A DNA stretch of 24,000 nt. It comes from Candidatus Caldarchaeum sp. Its GTDB lineage: Archaea; Thermoproteota; Nitrososphaeria_A; Caldarchaeales; Caldarchaeaceae. The notes beneath the pieces were generated by a model that did not search any database, was not told the DNA's origin, and worked only from the letters and a program-made list of their open reading frames with translations. The stretch covers positions 2,581 to 26,580 of the forward strand of contig JAVYLK010000020.1 in the NCBI GenBank assembly GCA_038740895.1, in the 5' to 3' direction. Position numbers and translations under genes: made by a program. Below are positions 1 to 9,543 of the stretch, in pieces. The number at the start of each line of letters is the position of its first letter. Positions within the stretch are counted from its first letter, which is position 1.

Positions 1-637
1 GGGGATGGACCCAGAGATTTGGCCTCCGCTGCTGAGACAGATACTCGTCCCTAATCAGAAGCCCGAGCAGAGGCTTGACAACGCTCTGAAGAGGCTGGGA
101 GTCAAGCCCGAGGACATAGACATAGTCATCAACACCCACCTGCATGCAGACCACTGCAGTTTCAACAGAATATTCAAGAACGCGACATGGCTAGTCCAGC
201 GTGAAGAGCTGAAACAGGCCTACGTTCCTGAGGTGCATGAAATCACATACTACAGAGGATGTTTTGACGTCGGGCTTGAGACCCAGCTGCTCGACGGAGA
301 TTACGAAGTAGTCAAGGGCGTGAGCATACTGGACACAAAAGGACACACCGCCGGCCATCAGTCCATCGCAATAGAAACCGAGAGGTCTGGAGTCTTCCTC
401 ATAACCGGGGACGCCAGCATGACGAGGGAGAACTTCCACGGCTCCGAGAGGACGAGCCCCCACGGATGGCCATGCGCGCCCGTGATCGACGCAAGGCAGT
501 ACATGCGTTCTCTTGAGAAGATGAAGAGATTTGTGCGGGAGACAGAGGCTAGGACTCTAAAAACATGCAGCATAATTTACGGCCATGACCACGCCGAGTT
601 TCAGAAGCTTAAGCTTGCGCCGAATCACTACGAGTAA
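1..637 (+). CDS. MBL-fold metallo-hydrolase, N-acyl-homoserine-lactonase-like (5' end likely truncated by window edge)
   Basis: ORF 5..637; metallo-beta-lactamase motif THLHADHC, then DTKGHTAGHQS and FLITGDAS, and a late GHDHAEF. The ORF starts at the window edge, so the true start may lie outside. Confidence 0.85.
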   Translation, partial: GMDPEIWPPLLRQILVPNQKPEQRLDNALKRLGVKPEDIDIVINTHLHADHCSFNRIFKNATWLVQREELKQAYVPEVHEITYYRGCFDVGLETQLLDGDYEVVKGVSILDTKGHTAGHQSIAIETERSGVFLITGDASMTRENFHGSERTSPHGWPCAPVIDARQYMRSLEKMKRFVRETEARTLKTCSIIYGHDHAEFQKLKLAPNHYE

Positions 638-750
638 ACCTCCGGACACCGGTACTCGAAAGCTCGGTTCACACCTCCCCATGCTCATGCGGATTAAGCA
701 AAAAGCATAAAACTGGTAAAACATATATCAAAGGGAGAGCCCGCCTCCCC

Positions 751-1911
751 ATGCCCAAAACCATCGTGATCTGCGGTGGAGGAATAGCAGGGGCTTCGAT
801 GGCCGCTGCGTTGGCTAACACGAGCTATTCGGTCATCCTGTTGGAGAAAGAGGATGAAGAATATCTCGGCAGGTCGAGCGGTGGCGAGACGCTTAGGGCG
901 GAGACGTGCAGGTCGTTTGACCAGATCGGTGTTTTGAGCGACATACTGCAGTTCAGCCACTCGATAAGAAAAGGAGACAGGAGAGAGCTCCACCATATCG
1001 CCACGGGGATGCTCGGCTACTTCAGATACGATGCCTTCGCACCCGAATACCCCGTTGTCCACACACACCACAACTACATCGTCAACGGAATCCACAAATA
1101 CATTGAAAGAATAGGCGCCTCCAACATAGACATCAGGTACAGCAAGGAGGTCGTGGGAGTTGGAGATTTTAAGGACGGCAGGCGTAAGGTACATTTCATC
1201 GACAGGAAGACGAGAAGCCAAGACAGCCTTGAGGGCGACCTGATTATTGGTGCTGACGGAGGCAACTCAACGGTTAGAAGGAGTCTGGGCATTCAGGCTA
1301 ACGAAACTGACCTCGGAATATCGTATCTGATGTTCTACATTGAGAGGCTCGAAGGCTTTGAGTACGGCAGGTTTACTGTCGGGCCTCACGGGTTTATCGG
1401 AATATTTCCATCATCCGAGAACACTCTACGGCTGGCGGTTGAGGTCAAGCTGTCTGAGTTGAACAACTGGCTGAAGACAGAAAGCTCAAAGATTATTGAG
1501 AGGGTGGCCTTGAGAGACACTGCGCTGAATGGGGCGAGACTCGTCAAGCGTGGATTGCCTTTCCACATAATCATGAGGCTCAGCCCCTCCTACGTCCGCG
1601 AAGGAGCATGCATCATAGGCGATGCGGCACACGTCCCGCCGCCGATACTGGGCATGGGCATATCCCTAGCCTTGAACGATGTTCTGGCTTTAAGGAAAGT
1701 TCTGCTAGAAAACGAGGGGCGCCAGCTCAGTTTAGAAATCCTCAAAAGGTTTGAGGAAACCGCCTCGCCGTACGACGTCAAATGGGTTCAAACAAACTAC
1801 AGACTATACAGGTGGCTGAACGACATGTGTGCCGACCCACGCAACTTCGGCACCGTACCGTTGGAGGAACTTCGGGATATGGGCTTCCAGCCTCAGTCGG
1901 CAGGTGCCTGA
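751..1911 (+). CDS. FAD-dependent oxidoreductase/monooxygenase (PHBH/UbiH-like or geranylgeranyl-reductase-like fold)
   Basis: N-terminal Rossmann motif VICGGGIAGASMAAAL, LIIGADGGNSTVRRSLGI, and IIGDAAHVPPPILGMGISLALNDVLAL. AT-rich TATA-like stretch (aaacatatat) just upstream. Confidence 0.85.
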   Translation: MPKTIVICGGGIAGASMAAALANTSYSVILLEKEDEEYLGRSSGGETLRAETCRSFDQIGVLSDILQFSHSIRKGDRRELHHIATGMLGYFRYDAFAPEYPVVHTHHNYIVNGIHKYIERIGASNIDIRYSKEVVGVGDFKDGRRKVHFIDRKTRSQDSLEGDLIIGADGGNSTVRRSLGIQANETDLGISYLMFYIERLEGFEYGRFTVGPHGFIGIFPSSENTLRLAVEVKLSELNNWLKTESSKIIERVALRDTALNGARLVKRGLPFHIIMRLSPSYVREGACIIGDAAHVPPPILGMGISLALNDVLALRKVLLENEGRQLSLEILKRFEETASPYDVKWVQTNYRLYRWLNDMCADPRNFGTVPLEELRDMGFQPQSAGA

Positions 1912-1915
1912 TGCG

Positions 1916-2812
1916 GTGTCTGTGGGGGTCATAGGCGTCGGCTCGATGGGTGGAGCCATAGTGGAGAGGCTCCTCGCCCTCGGATACCGAGTCTCTGTCT
2001 GGGACGTTGTCAGCGATAGGATAGCCGAGTCTGTCGCCCGAGGAGCCTCACCCACAGGCTCGGCGGCCGAGCTTGTGTCCAGCCACGAATTTATCATAGC
2101 TAGCCTGCCCAGCCCGCAGGCCGTCGAGAATACATTCACCGACCCCCGTCTGGTAGAGTCGCTCCGCCCCGGCTCTATAACCATAGACATGTCGACAGTG
2201 GGCCCGAACACATCTAGGAAGGTTTACCGAGTCTTCAGCAGAAAGGGCGCCCACTATCTTGACGCGCCTGTGAGCGGGGGGCCGCGTAGGGCCGCAGCGG
2301 GGAAGCTCACGATATCCGTTGGAGGCGATTATGATGCTTTCTTAAAGGGCGAGCCCTTGCTCAAAGCTCTTGGCGAGAAGGTGTTTTATGTAGGCGGGCC
2401 GGGCAGCGGCAGCACGATGAAGCTCATCAACCAGCTTCTGGTCTTCGCCCATTCCTACGCGGCCATGGAGGCGTTAGTCCTGTGCAAGGCGTTGAACGTC
2501 GACCCCGCCAAGATGTACGAAGTCGTGACGGCGGGCTCGGGCAACTCGTTCATGTTCCAGGAGATGGTTAAGCTGGCTCTGGGGGGACAGCTGTGGGGCG
2601 GGCGAACGGAGCTCCTGATAAAAGACATCCGACTGACAAGCCGCATGGCGGTCGAGTCGGGTCTGAGCCTAAGCCTCTGCAGGTTCCTGAGCGACATCGC
2701 CGAAAAAATGGACTACGCCGGGCTAGGCGGAGAGGACGCCGTCAAGGGTTTTCTAGAGTATGTCTCCGGAGCCTCCCAGAACAAAGAACAAGAATCAAAA
2801 TCAACGCGTTAA
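1916..2812 (+). CDS. NAD(P)-dependent 3-hydroxyisobutyrate dehydrogenase-like protein (beta-hydroxyacid dehydrogenase family)
   Basis: VGVIGVGSMGGAIVERLLALGY Rossmann motif, DAPVSGGPRRAAAGKL, and GGPGSGSTMKLINQLL. The ORF track gives 1829..2812, but homology-like sequence begins at the GTG at 1916, just after the upstream stop. Confidence 0.88.
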   Translation: MSVGVIGVGSMGGAIVERLLALGYRVSVWDVVSDRIAESVARGASPTGSAAELVSSHEFIIASLPSPQAVENTFTDPRLVESLRPGSITIDMSTVGPNTSRKVYRVFSRKGAHYLDAPVSGGPRRAAAGKLTISVGGDYDAFLKGEPLLKALGEKVFYVGGPGSGSTMKLINQLLVFAHSYAAMEALVLCKALNVDPAKMYEVVTAGSGNSFMFQEMVKLALGGQLWGGRTELLIKDIRLTSRMAVESGLSLSLCRFLSDIAEKMDYAGLGGEDAVKGFLEYVSGASQNKEQESKSTR

Positions 2813-2916
2813 GGCTGATGAGATCCCGAGACGCTCGGCCGCCAGGTCTCTAAACAGCACCCGGTTCGGCGCAAAACACCGCTCATCGATTTTTGGGTTC
2901 CTCGTAAGCCGCAAGG

Positions 2917-4044
2917 CTACACGACGTGTTTTAGTACTTTCGTCAGTGTTTCAAGCGCCTCGTCCACGTCTGCCTTGCTGTTGAAGAAGTGGTGGGCAAA
3001 CCTCAAGCCCGGCCCACGTGCTGAAGTAATCACCTTGTTTCGTCTCATGGCAAGCTCAACGTCGTGGGACTTCGGGCCGACATGCATGGATATCGTCGGG
3101 CCCAGCGGCTTCTCAACGGGGCTGAAGGACTCAAGCCCTGCTGCGAGGGCCTCATCCCTGAAGTAATCCCGGAGCTTGGAGACGCGCCCCCATATCCTGT
3201 CGACGCCCAGCTCGTGTATGATTGACATGCCTGCGGCGGCTGCGTACATGCTCACCACGCTCCACGTTCCCATCTCGAAACGCTTGGCGTCAGGCCGGTA
3301 GTCCATCTGCTCCCTGCCGAAGAGGAAAGGGTCTTTCTGGGAAAACCAGCTAACAGCCGAGGGCTTCAGGTCGTCTACCAGGTCTTTTCTGACGTAGAGG
3401 AAGGCGGCTCCAGGTATCCCGAGGAGAAACTTTGTCGTTCCCGCCACGAGGAAGTCGACGCCGTCCTTGGAAACATCGAGGGGCACAGCTCCCAGCCCTT
3501 GATACGCATCCGCCAGCAGGTAGGAGCCGTTGCCATGGCATATCTCGGACAGGGACCTTAGGTCTTGCCGGAAGCCGTTGAGGGCGCTGACCTGGAAGGT
3601 GGCTACCATGAGGGTGCGGTCGTCCATGGCCTTCTCAAACTCCTCCAAACCAATTATCCCGTCCCGGCTTCTCAGAGTTTCGACCCTAAACCCATAGGAT
3701 CTGAAGCCCTGAAGCGTCACGCCTAGAGTAGGGTAATCCAGATCCGTGGTGATAATCTTGTCTCGTTTGCCGGGTTTGAAGGCGCTGAGTAAGGAGATGA
3801 GAGCACTGCTGGCAGAGTAGTGGGGACATACTTCATCACGAGCAGCCCCTACGAGGTCGGCGAAAAGGTCTGACGCACGGTAAACTTCCGCCATCCACTC
3901 CTCCCACGGGTTTCCATGCTTCACAATACTCATCTCATAACGTTTTATGGCCTTCATCACGTCTAGGCTCATCGGCCCCTGACTGCAGCTTGCGAAGTAT
4001 GCTTTCCCACGGATGGATGGAAGCCGTCTGCTCCAGCTCATCCC
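2917..4044 (-). CDS. Class V aminotransferase / cysteine-desulfurase-like PLP enzyme
   Basis: DADYPTLG-type sequence (TTDLDYPTLG) and PLP-lysine region DFLVAGTTKFLLGIPGAAFLYV. The ORF track extends to 4191; the Met at 4044 (MSWSRRLPSIRGKAYFASCSQGP) looks like the better start. Confidence 0.82.
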   Translation of the reverse strand, partial: GMSWSRRLPSIRGKAYFASCSQGPMSLDVMKAIKRYEMSIVKHGNPWEEWMAEVYRASDLFADLVGAARDEVCPHYSASSALISLLSAFKPGKRDKIITTDLDYPTLGVTLQGFRSYGFRVETLRSRDGIIGLEEFEKAMDDRTLMVATFQVSALNGFRQDLRSLSEICHGNGSYLLADAYQGLGAVPLDVSKDGVDFLVAGTTKFLLGIPGAAFLYVRKDLVDDLKPSAVSWFSQKDPFLFGREQMDYRPDAKRFEMGTWSVVSMYAAAAGMSIIHELGVDRIWGRVSKLRDYFRDEALAAGLESFSPVEKPLGPTISMHVGPKSHDVELAMRRNKVITSARGPGLRFAHHFFNSKADVDEALETLTKVLKHVV

Positions 4045-4121
4045 GAGGGTACTCGAGACGGCTTTATCTAAATGTTCGCATGCGGAGCCTAGCTTAATGC
4101 TTGATGTTCTCAGGAGCGGGG

Positions 4122-5648
4122 TTAGGATTTTCTGACGTATCGGCCCAGCTGGTCTCTCGTGATAAGCTCTTTCTCCCTCAGCAAGGTCCATGCCTTCAGA
4201 AATTCCCGGTAGGTTTTTCCGTCGTATTTCAACGCCAGCTCGCCGAAGTACCGGGGCTGCCGGAGAAACTCCAGAACTTGCTCCAAGCTAACCTGTTCCT
4301 GACGCCCGTCTCGCATAGGCTTGGTCGGCAAGCATCGTTTGAACCTTTCTCGGTTTCTGTCCACGGGGATTGTGGCGTCGAAGCCCATCTTGGACGTGCT
4401 GACAGGCGGCATGTCTGAAGGCAGGGACGGGTCGAGCGGTATCGCCCTGAGGTCCTGAAGTATGATTACGTCCTCCGAGGGCTGGGCCCTGAAGGTCATA
4501 GCCCATATGACGGCCTCGTCGTCGTAGATGTCTATGTCCTCGTCCACCACCACGGCGTATTTGGGGAAAGACTGCCTGGACGAGGTCAGAAGCAGGTAGA
4601 GAGCGGTTTTAGCATCGCCCTTAGCCCTCGGCTTGATGCTGGCTACTGCCCACATACCGCATCCACCCGGATGAAGCCGCACACCTCTTACTTCTATGCC
4701 CGCTTGCTTCAGCGACCGCTGCAGTTCCATCTCGATGATTGGGAAGAGTAGGTGGAGGTCGGTCCATCCCGGCCTCGTGCCCCCATGCGTTGCTGACAGG
4801 AATATTGGGTTCCGCCTGTGGGTTATCGCCTTGACCTTCATGACGGGGTTCATTTTCATGCCGCCGTAGGTGCCCGTGAACTCGCCGTAGGGGCCCTCGT
4901 CTCTTGTCCAGCCAACGGGAGGCATCTCGCACTCAAGAACTATCTCGCTGTTTGCAGGCACGTAGAGGTCCATCGTCTCGCACTTCACTAGCTCAACAGG
5001 CTCTCCACGAACCCCTCCCAAAACCTCGTACTCGTCCACGTCGAAAGACGACATCACAGACCCGAGGAGGTCAATAGTCGGCAGGCCAATCACAACAGCG
5101 CATTCAAGCGATTTACCCATCTCCAGAGCCTTCTGATAATACGCTCTAAGCTTGTGGGGAGCCGTGACGTCTACACCCGTCTCGTTTCTGGTTCTAAGCA
5201 TCATCCGGTATATCCCCATGTTGTAAACCAGCCGCTCGGGGTCTTTCGCAACCGCTACTGAGGCCGTTATGTAGGGCGCCGCGTCCAGCTCATGCTGCAG
5301 ATGCAGCGGGAAGACAGTGAGGTCCACCTCCTCCCCCGTCTTCACAACTTCCTTGCACGGGGAGTCGGAGACCTTTACTGGCGGGATCCTTCTCTGGCTT
5401 CTCCGCTCAAGCTCTTCAACGACGTTCCTTTCGTCGACACCCAGCGCCAGCGCTATCATCCTCCTGTTGGACGCCGTGTTCGCAGCAAGGGGAATGTCAT
5501 ATCCGTTGATCCGCTCGATGAGAGTTGCTTTGGTGTAGTTGGCGGATACTATTTCAGCGACTTCATGTATAGATACCTCGCGGCTGACTCGATGCAACAA
5601 TCCGTTGGCCTCTAACGTCTTGAGCCATTCGCCGAGACTGATTGACAC
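4122..5648 (-). CDS. UbiD-family (prenylated-FMN-dependent) decarboxylase
   Basis: 508 aa with UbiD-family features: SLGEWLKTLEANGLLHRV..., EGPYGEFTGTYGGMKMNPVMKVKAITHRRNPIF, DEDIDIYDDEAVIWAMTFRAQP. TATA-like box 5675-5682 upstream. Confidence 0.88.
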   Translation of the reverse strand: MSISLGEWLKTLEANGLLHRVSREVSIHEVAEIVSANYTKATLIERINGYDIPLAANTASNRRMIALALGVDERNVVEELERRSQRRIPPVKVSDSPCKEVVKTGEEVDLTVFPLHLQHELDAAPYITASVAVAKDPERLVYNMGIYRMMLRTRNETGVDVTAPHKLRAYYQKALEMGKSLECAVVIGLPTIDLLGSVMSSFDVDEYEVLGGVRGEPVELVKCETMDLYVPANSEIVLECEMPPVGWTRDEGPYGEFTGTYGGMKMNPVMKVKAITHRRNPIFLSATHGGTRPGWTDLHLLFPIIEMELQRSLKQAGIEVRGVRLHPGGCGMWAVASIKPRAKGDAKTALYLLLTSSRQSFPKYAVVVDEDIDIYDDEAVIWAMTFRAQPSEDVIILQDLRAIPLDPSLPSDMPPVSTSKMGFDATIPVDRNRERFKRCLPTKPMRDGRQEQVSLEQVLEFLRQPRYFGELALKYDGKTYREFLKAWTLLREKELITRDQLGRYVRKS

Positions 5649-5674
5649 GTCGCGTTATCGGCTCAACCCTGCTT

Positions 5675-5682
5675 ATATAACG
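5675..5682 (-). promoter_or_regulatory. TATA-like box for the UbiD-family gene
   Basis: TTATATAA about 27-34 nt upstream of the 5648 start on the minus strand. Confidence 0.5.
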
Positions 5683-5763
5683 TTTACACACTTCGCCCTG
5701 CAAATCCTCGAAGGATTGACCGTGCCGGCGAAAGCAAGCCGAGCCATGTCCGGACAAGCTCCA

Positions 5764-5773
5764 TTTTTATATA
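5764..5773 (+). promoter_or_regulatory. TATA-like box for the HemL-like gene
   Basis: TTTTTATATA 23-32 nt upstream of ATG 5796. Confidence 0.5.
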
Positions 5774-5795
5774 GCCGACGACCCGTGCCGCATAC

Positions 5796-7151
5796 ATGGC
5801 TAGCTTAAGAAAGTCCGGCGATCACTTCAAAGCTGTAAGCAGAATCATGCCGGGAGGCGTCAGCTCAAACCTCCGGTTTTACCACCCCCATCCCATCTAC
5901 TTCAAGCGTGCAGAAGGCCCCTACATCTGGGACTTGGACGAAAACAGGTACGTGGACTGTGTGATAGGCCACAGCGGCGTAATCCTCGGACACAAATATC
6001 CGAAGGTGTTGGAAGCGGTTTTCTCGGCGGTCGAGACCGGCCTCACCACCTCCTACGAGACGGAGCTAGCTTACAGGGTGGCTAAGCTAATCCACGAGAC
6101 CGTCCCCTCGGCCGAGATGGTCAGGTTCGCGTGCACGGGCAGCGAGGCTGTCGCCAAAGCCGTGGTCATGGCTAAGGGCTATACGGGCCGGGACTGGCTG
6201 GTCAAGTGCGAGGGAGAGTATCATGGATGGTACGACCCAGTCCACGTCAGCCTCTTCCCCAGCCTTGATAAAGCCGGGCCAGACCACAGCCCAACACCGG
6301 TGGTTGAGACAAAAGGGATGATGGCCGGCGTCGAGAAAACGCTCGTTGTGCCCTACAACGACGCCGAAGCGCTTGAGAGGGTCTTAAGGGATAGACATTC
6401 GGAGATAGCCTGCGTCGTGATGGAGCCGGTTGCCCACGGGATGGGGGTTGTTCCGCCCAAACACGACTACCTGAAGCAGGTGAGGGAGACGACTGAGAAA
6501 TATGATGTCTTGCTTGTGTTCGACGAGATAATTTCAGGCTTCCGTTCTGCGGCTGGCGGTGCTCAGCAGTACTATGGGGTTAAGCCGGACTTGACTACGC
6601 TGGGTAAGGCCATGTCCAACGGCTTCCCGCTGAGCGCAGTCGCAGGCGTTGAAGATGTTATGATGGTGTCGGCGCCTAACACAGGCAAGGTCTCCTACTC
6701 GGGAACCTTCAACGGCTACCAGCTGGCCCTAGCCGCGGCAGAAGCCACCATCAACGAGATAAGAACTGCAGACGTGCCGCAGTACCTCCACAAGGCGACC
6801 AACATGCTCGTGGAGTCGTTCAACAGGCTTGCATCGGACCTCGGCGTTGCGGCACGGGCCCAAGGACTCGCCGGCCAGTTTCAGAACTATTTCACGGCTA
6901 AGCCCGTTTACAACTACAGGGACGCCGTCATGTCAGACGACCAAATGTACAGATTTTTCAGAGAGAGCTTGCTGGAGGACGGCGTGTTTTACCTGCCTTA
7001 CAAGGTCTTCCATCACGGCCTCACCTACAGCCACCGCGACGCCGAGCTCAAGCACATTCTCGAGGCCTACGCAAATGCGTTGGATAAACTCGTTGAGCTA
7101 CAGAGGGCTGGGAAGACGAGTGGTATGAACGCCTACGGGCCTTCTCTCTGA
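5796..7151 (+). CDS. Class III PLP aminotransferase, glutamate-1-semialdehyde 2,1-aminomutase-like
   Basis: MPGGVSSNLR, CTGSEAVAKAVVMAKGYTGR, VFDEIISGFR, and PLP-lysine motif TLGKAMSNGFPLSAVAG. Preceded by TTTTTATATA at 5764-5773. Confidence 0.87.
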   Translation: MASLRKSGDHFKAVSRIMPGGVSSNLRFYHPHPIYFKRAEGPYIWDLDENRYVDCVIGHSGVILGHKYPKVLEAVFSAVETGLTTSYETELAYRVAKLIHETVPSAEMVRFACTGSEAVAKAVVMAKGYTGRDWLVKCEGEYHGWYDPVHVSLFPSLDKAGPDHSPTPVVETKGMMAGVEKTLVVPYNDAEALERVLRDRHSEIACVVMEPVAHGMGVVPPKHDYLKQVRETTEKYDVLLVFDEIISGFRSAAGGAQQYYGVKPDLTTLGKAMSNGFPLSAVAGVEDVMMVSAPNTGKVSYSGTFNGYQLALAAAEATINEIRTADVPQYLHKATNMLVESFNRLASDLGVAARAQGLAGQFQNYFTAKPVYNYRDAVMSDDQMYRFFRESLLEDGVFYLPYKVFHHGLTYSHRDAELKHILEAYANALDKLVELQRAGKTSGMNAYGPSL

Positions 7152-7873
7152 GCCCCGCGTCCAGTCTTCAGGCCGAGAAAGACCTGCTGCAAATCGAGGG
7201 TCATTAGTTCTTTCGGCGAGCCCTCGTAGGTCTTGACACCGGAGACAAGCACGCACACTCTGTCGGCGAGTTTGAGTGCGAAGCTTACGTTCTGCTCAAC
7301 GATGATGACGGGTATGCCGGCTGCTTTAATCGCTCTAACCTTCTCGGCGACGGCTGATGAGGCTTTAGGCGACAGGTTTGCCGTCGGCTCATCCAGCATC
7401 ATCAAACGTGGGGTGGCCATCATAGCCCTAGCTATGGCCAGCATCTGCCTCTCACCACCGCTCATCAGCCCCGCCCTCTTTTTCATGAAGGGCTGGATTT
7501 CATGGAAGACTTGATTGACCTCAGCCATCTTTCTGGCGAGAAGCTCTTTGTCGTTGATGCTGTAGCCTCCAAGCTCGAGGTTCTCCTCGACTGTTAGGCC
7601 CGTGAAAACGTTATCCACCTGAGGCGTGAACGCTATGCCTGCTCTCGCCACGTCCTCTGTTTTCATCCCCACCAGCTCCAGCCCGTCGAGCTTAATGCTT
7701 CCGCCGAAGACGTTGGTGAGACCCACCACGCTCTTCAGAAGTGTTGACTTGCCGCTGCCGTTGGGGCCGATTATGGCTACGACCTCGCCCTCCCGAACCT
7801 CCAAGTCTATGCCGTGAATTATCTCCACAGGGCCGTAGCCAGCTCTCAAACCTTTGACCTCAAGCCTAGTCAA
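7133..7873 (-). CDS. livF: Branched-chain amino acid/amide ABC transporter ATP-binding protein
   Basis: Walker A GPNGSGKST, signature LMSGGERQMLAIARAMM, Walker B RLMMLDEP, H-loop-region IIVEQN. Last gene in a livHMGF order. Confidence 0.93.
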   Translation of the reverse strand: MTRLEVKGLRAGYGPVEIIHGIDLEVREGEVVAIIGPNGSGKSTLLKSVVGLTNVFGGSIKLDGLELVGMKTEDVARAGIAFTPQVDNVFTGLTVEENLELGGYSINDKELLARKMAEVNQVFHEIQPFMKKRAGLMSGGERQMLAIARAMMATPRLMMLDEPTANLSPKASSAVAEKVRAIKAAGIPVIIVEQNVSFALKLADRVCVLVSGVKTYEGSPKELMTLDLQQVFLGLKTGRGAQREGP

Positions 7874-8615
7874 CAGCCCTCTCCTCAGCCACGTAGATGG
7901 ACATTAGTTTCTTGTCCATGAGCACTTCCGCCGGCCTTCCGCTCAAGTACACCCTCCCCCGATGCATCACATAAACCCAGTCGGTGAACTCCTCCACTAC
8001 GTTGAGCCTGTGCTCTATCAAGAAAACCGTCAGGCCTTCGACATCTCGGTAATGCTTGATTACCTCGAATATCTTGGCTACGAGGACAGGGCTAACACCC
8101 GCCGCAGGCTCGTCCAGCAGCAGAAGCTTTGGGTTGCTCATCAAAGCACGTCCCAGCTCCAGGAGCTTTAGCTGCCCGCCTGACAACTCGCTGGGCATCC
8201 TCTCTGAGTAGCCGGCTAGGCCCAAATTGTCCAAAATCCCCAGAGCCCTCTCGATGAACTCTCGTTCCTGTCTCTGAAATCTTCGCCTCATGAAAACGGC
8301 TGCAGCGGGGTTGTCGCCCAGCTGGCTCCTAGCAGCGAAGACTAGGTTGTCCAGCACGGTCATCTTGAAGAAAACCCGCGGGAACTGGAAGCTCCTGCCG
8401 ACTCCAAGCCGGAATATTTGATGCGGTTTGAGGCCAGTTATGTTCCTGCCCTCGAAGAATATCGCGCCTGAGTCGGGGCGGTATACGCCTGTTATCAGGT
8501 TGAAGAGCGACGTCTTGCCGCTGCCGTTCGGCCCTATAAGCCCAAATATCTTGGAGCACTCTACTCGGAGGCTAACATCGTCCACCGCCCGAAGTCCGCC
8601 GAAGCTGAGGCTCAC
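7866..8615 (-). CDS. livG: Branched-chain amino acid/amide ABC transporter ATP-binding protein
   Basis: GPNGSGKTSLFNLITG, LSGGQLKLLELGRALM, KLLLLDEPAAGVSP, FLIEHRLNVV. The start is uncertain; in-frame sequence continues a few codons upstream of the GTG at 8615. Confidence 0.92.
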   Translation of the reverse strand: MSLSFGGLRAVDDVSLRVECSKIFGLIGPNGSGKTSLFNLITGVYRPDSGAIFFEGRNITGLKPHQIFRLGVGRSFQFPRVFFKMTVLDNLVFAARSQLGDNPAAAVFMRRRFQRQEREFIERALGILDNLGLAGYSERMPSELSGGQLKLLELGRALMSNPKLLLLDEPAAGVSPVLVAKIFEVIKHYRDVEGLTVFLIEHRLNVVEEFTDWVYVMHRGRVYLSGRPAEVLMDKKLMSIYVAEERAVD

Positions 8616-8637
8616 ATTCCTAGTCTCTAGAATAGAG

Positions 8638-9543
8638 TTATCGTTTGACAGTTTTCACCCTCCCCTCCCGGAGTATTCCCGTAGGCCTGAATGTGACGAC
8701 GAGTACAAGCAGCGCGCCGGTGAGTATGAACATCATGTTGTTGGCGTCAACAGGTAGGTTCAGAAAATCCTTGAGTATTCTAGTTCCCCTGCTGATTGTT
8801 GTGACAACCGCTGCGCCGACAAAACTCCCCAAGATCGTAGCCGGGCCGCCTAGTATGCTCATAATCCATATCTGGAGCGTGATGGCTAAGATGAACAAGT
8901 CGGGGGAAACGTATCCGACGTACTGAGAGTAGAAGCTGCCAGAGGCCCCAGCCATGGCCGAAGCTAGGCCGAACACGACAGCCTTGACAGCGGTGTTGTT
9001 CTTTCCATACATGCTGGAGGCGAGCTCGTCCTCGCGTATAGCTCTCAGTATCCGGCCGAAAGGCGAGTTGGTCAGCAGCCACCCCACCGCTGCGAAGACG
9101 GCGAAAAGAAGTAAGACGAAAACGGCCTGCCCGAAGAGGTGTGCTTCGTACGAGATGCTCCTAAAGTCTATCATGGGCGGTATGCCGCGGATGCCCAGCA
9201 CGCCGCCGGCCAGCCAACCCTCGTTCTTCAGAACCACACGTATCGTTTCAGCGAACACCAACGTGATAATGGCTAGATAGTCTCCCCTCACTCTGATAGC
9301 TGGGATTGAGATGGCGAGACCTCCAACGCCTGACAATAACATCGCCGAGGCAACCGCAGCAACAGCGGGAAAACCGTTGATGCTTAGGATGGCTGAAGTG
9401 TATGCTCCCAGCGCGAAGAAGGCGGCCTTGCCGAAGTCTATCAGCCCTGAGTAGCCGTACTCTATGTTTAGGCTGAGCGCCAGTATGCCGAAGTATCCCA
9501 CAGTGATTAAACTGTCCAGCAGGAAAAGGTCGATGTTAGTCAC
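8638..9543 (-). CDS. livM: Branched-chain amino acid ABC transporter permease
   Basis: LALSLNIEYGYSGLIDFGKAAFFALGAYTSA; multiple TM segments; immediately upstream of livG. Confidence 0.92.
   Translation of the reverse strand: MTNIDLFLLDSLITVGYFGILALSLNIEYGYSGLIDFGKAAFFALGAYTSAILSINGFPAVAAVASAMLLSGVGGLAISIPAIRVRGDYLAIITLVFAETIRVVLKNEGWLAGGVLGIRGIPPMIDFRSISYEAHLFGQAVFVLLLFAVFAAVGWLLTNSPFGRILRAIREDELASSMYGKNNTAVKAVVFGLASAMAGASGSFYSQYVGYVSPDLFILAITLQIWIMSILGGPATILGSFVGAAVVTTISRGTRILKDFLNLPVDANNMMFILTGALLVLVVTFRPTGILREGRVKTVKR

Noticed and set aside
694-1221. 175-aa antisense ORF opposite the FAD monooxygenase
   Set aside because: It is fully antisense to a strongly supported coding gene in GC-rich DNA, with no motif. 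The same reasoning applies to 6087-6287, 8954-9280, 9711-10064, 2048-2254 and similar tracks.
2593-2853. 86-aa ORF MGRANGAPDKRHPTDKPHG...
   Set aside because: Alternate-frame reading inside the HIBADH-like gene; composition (Arg/Pro/Gly-rich) is typical of out-of-frame GC-rich DNA.
2813-2916. Intergenic stem-like sequence with a possible regulatory RNA
   Set aside because: This is the short convergent gap between two 3' ends. Imperfect GC-rich pairing is expected there and probably acts only in termination, if at all.
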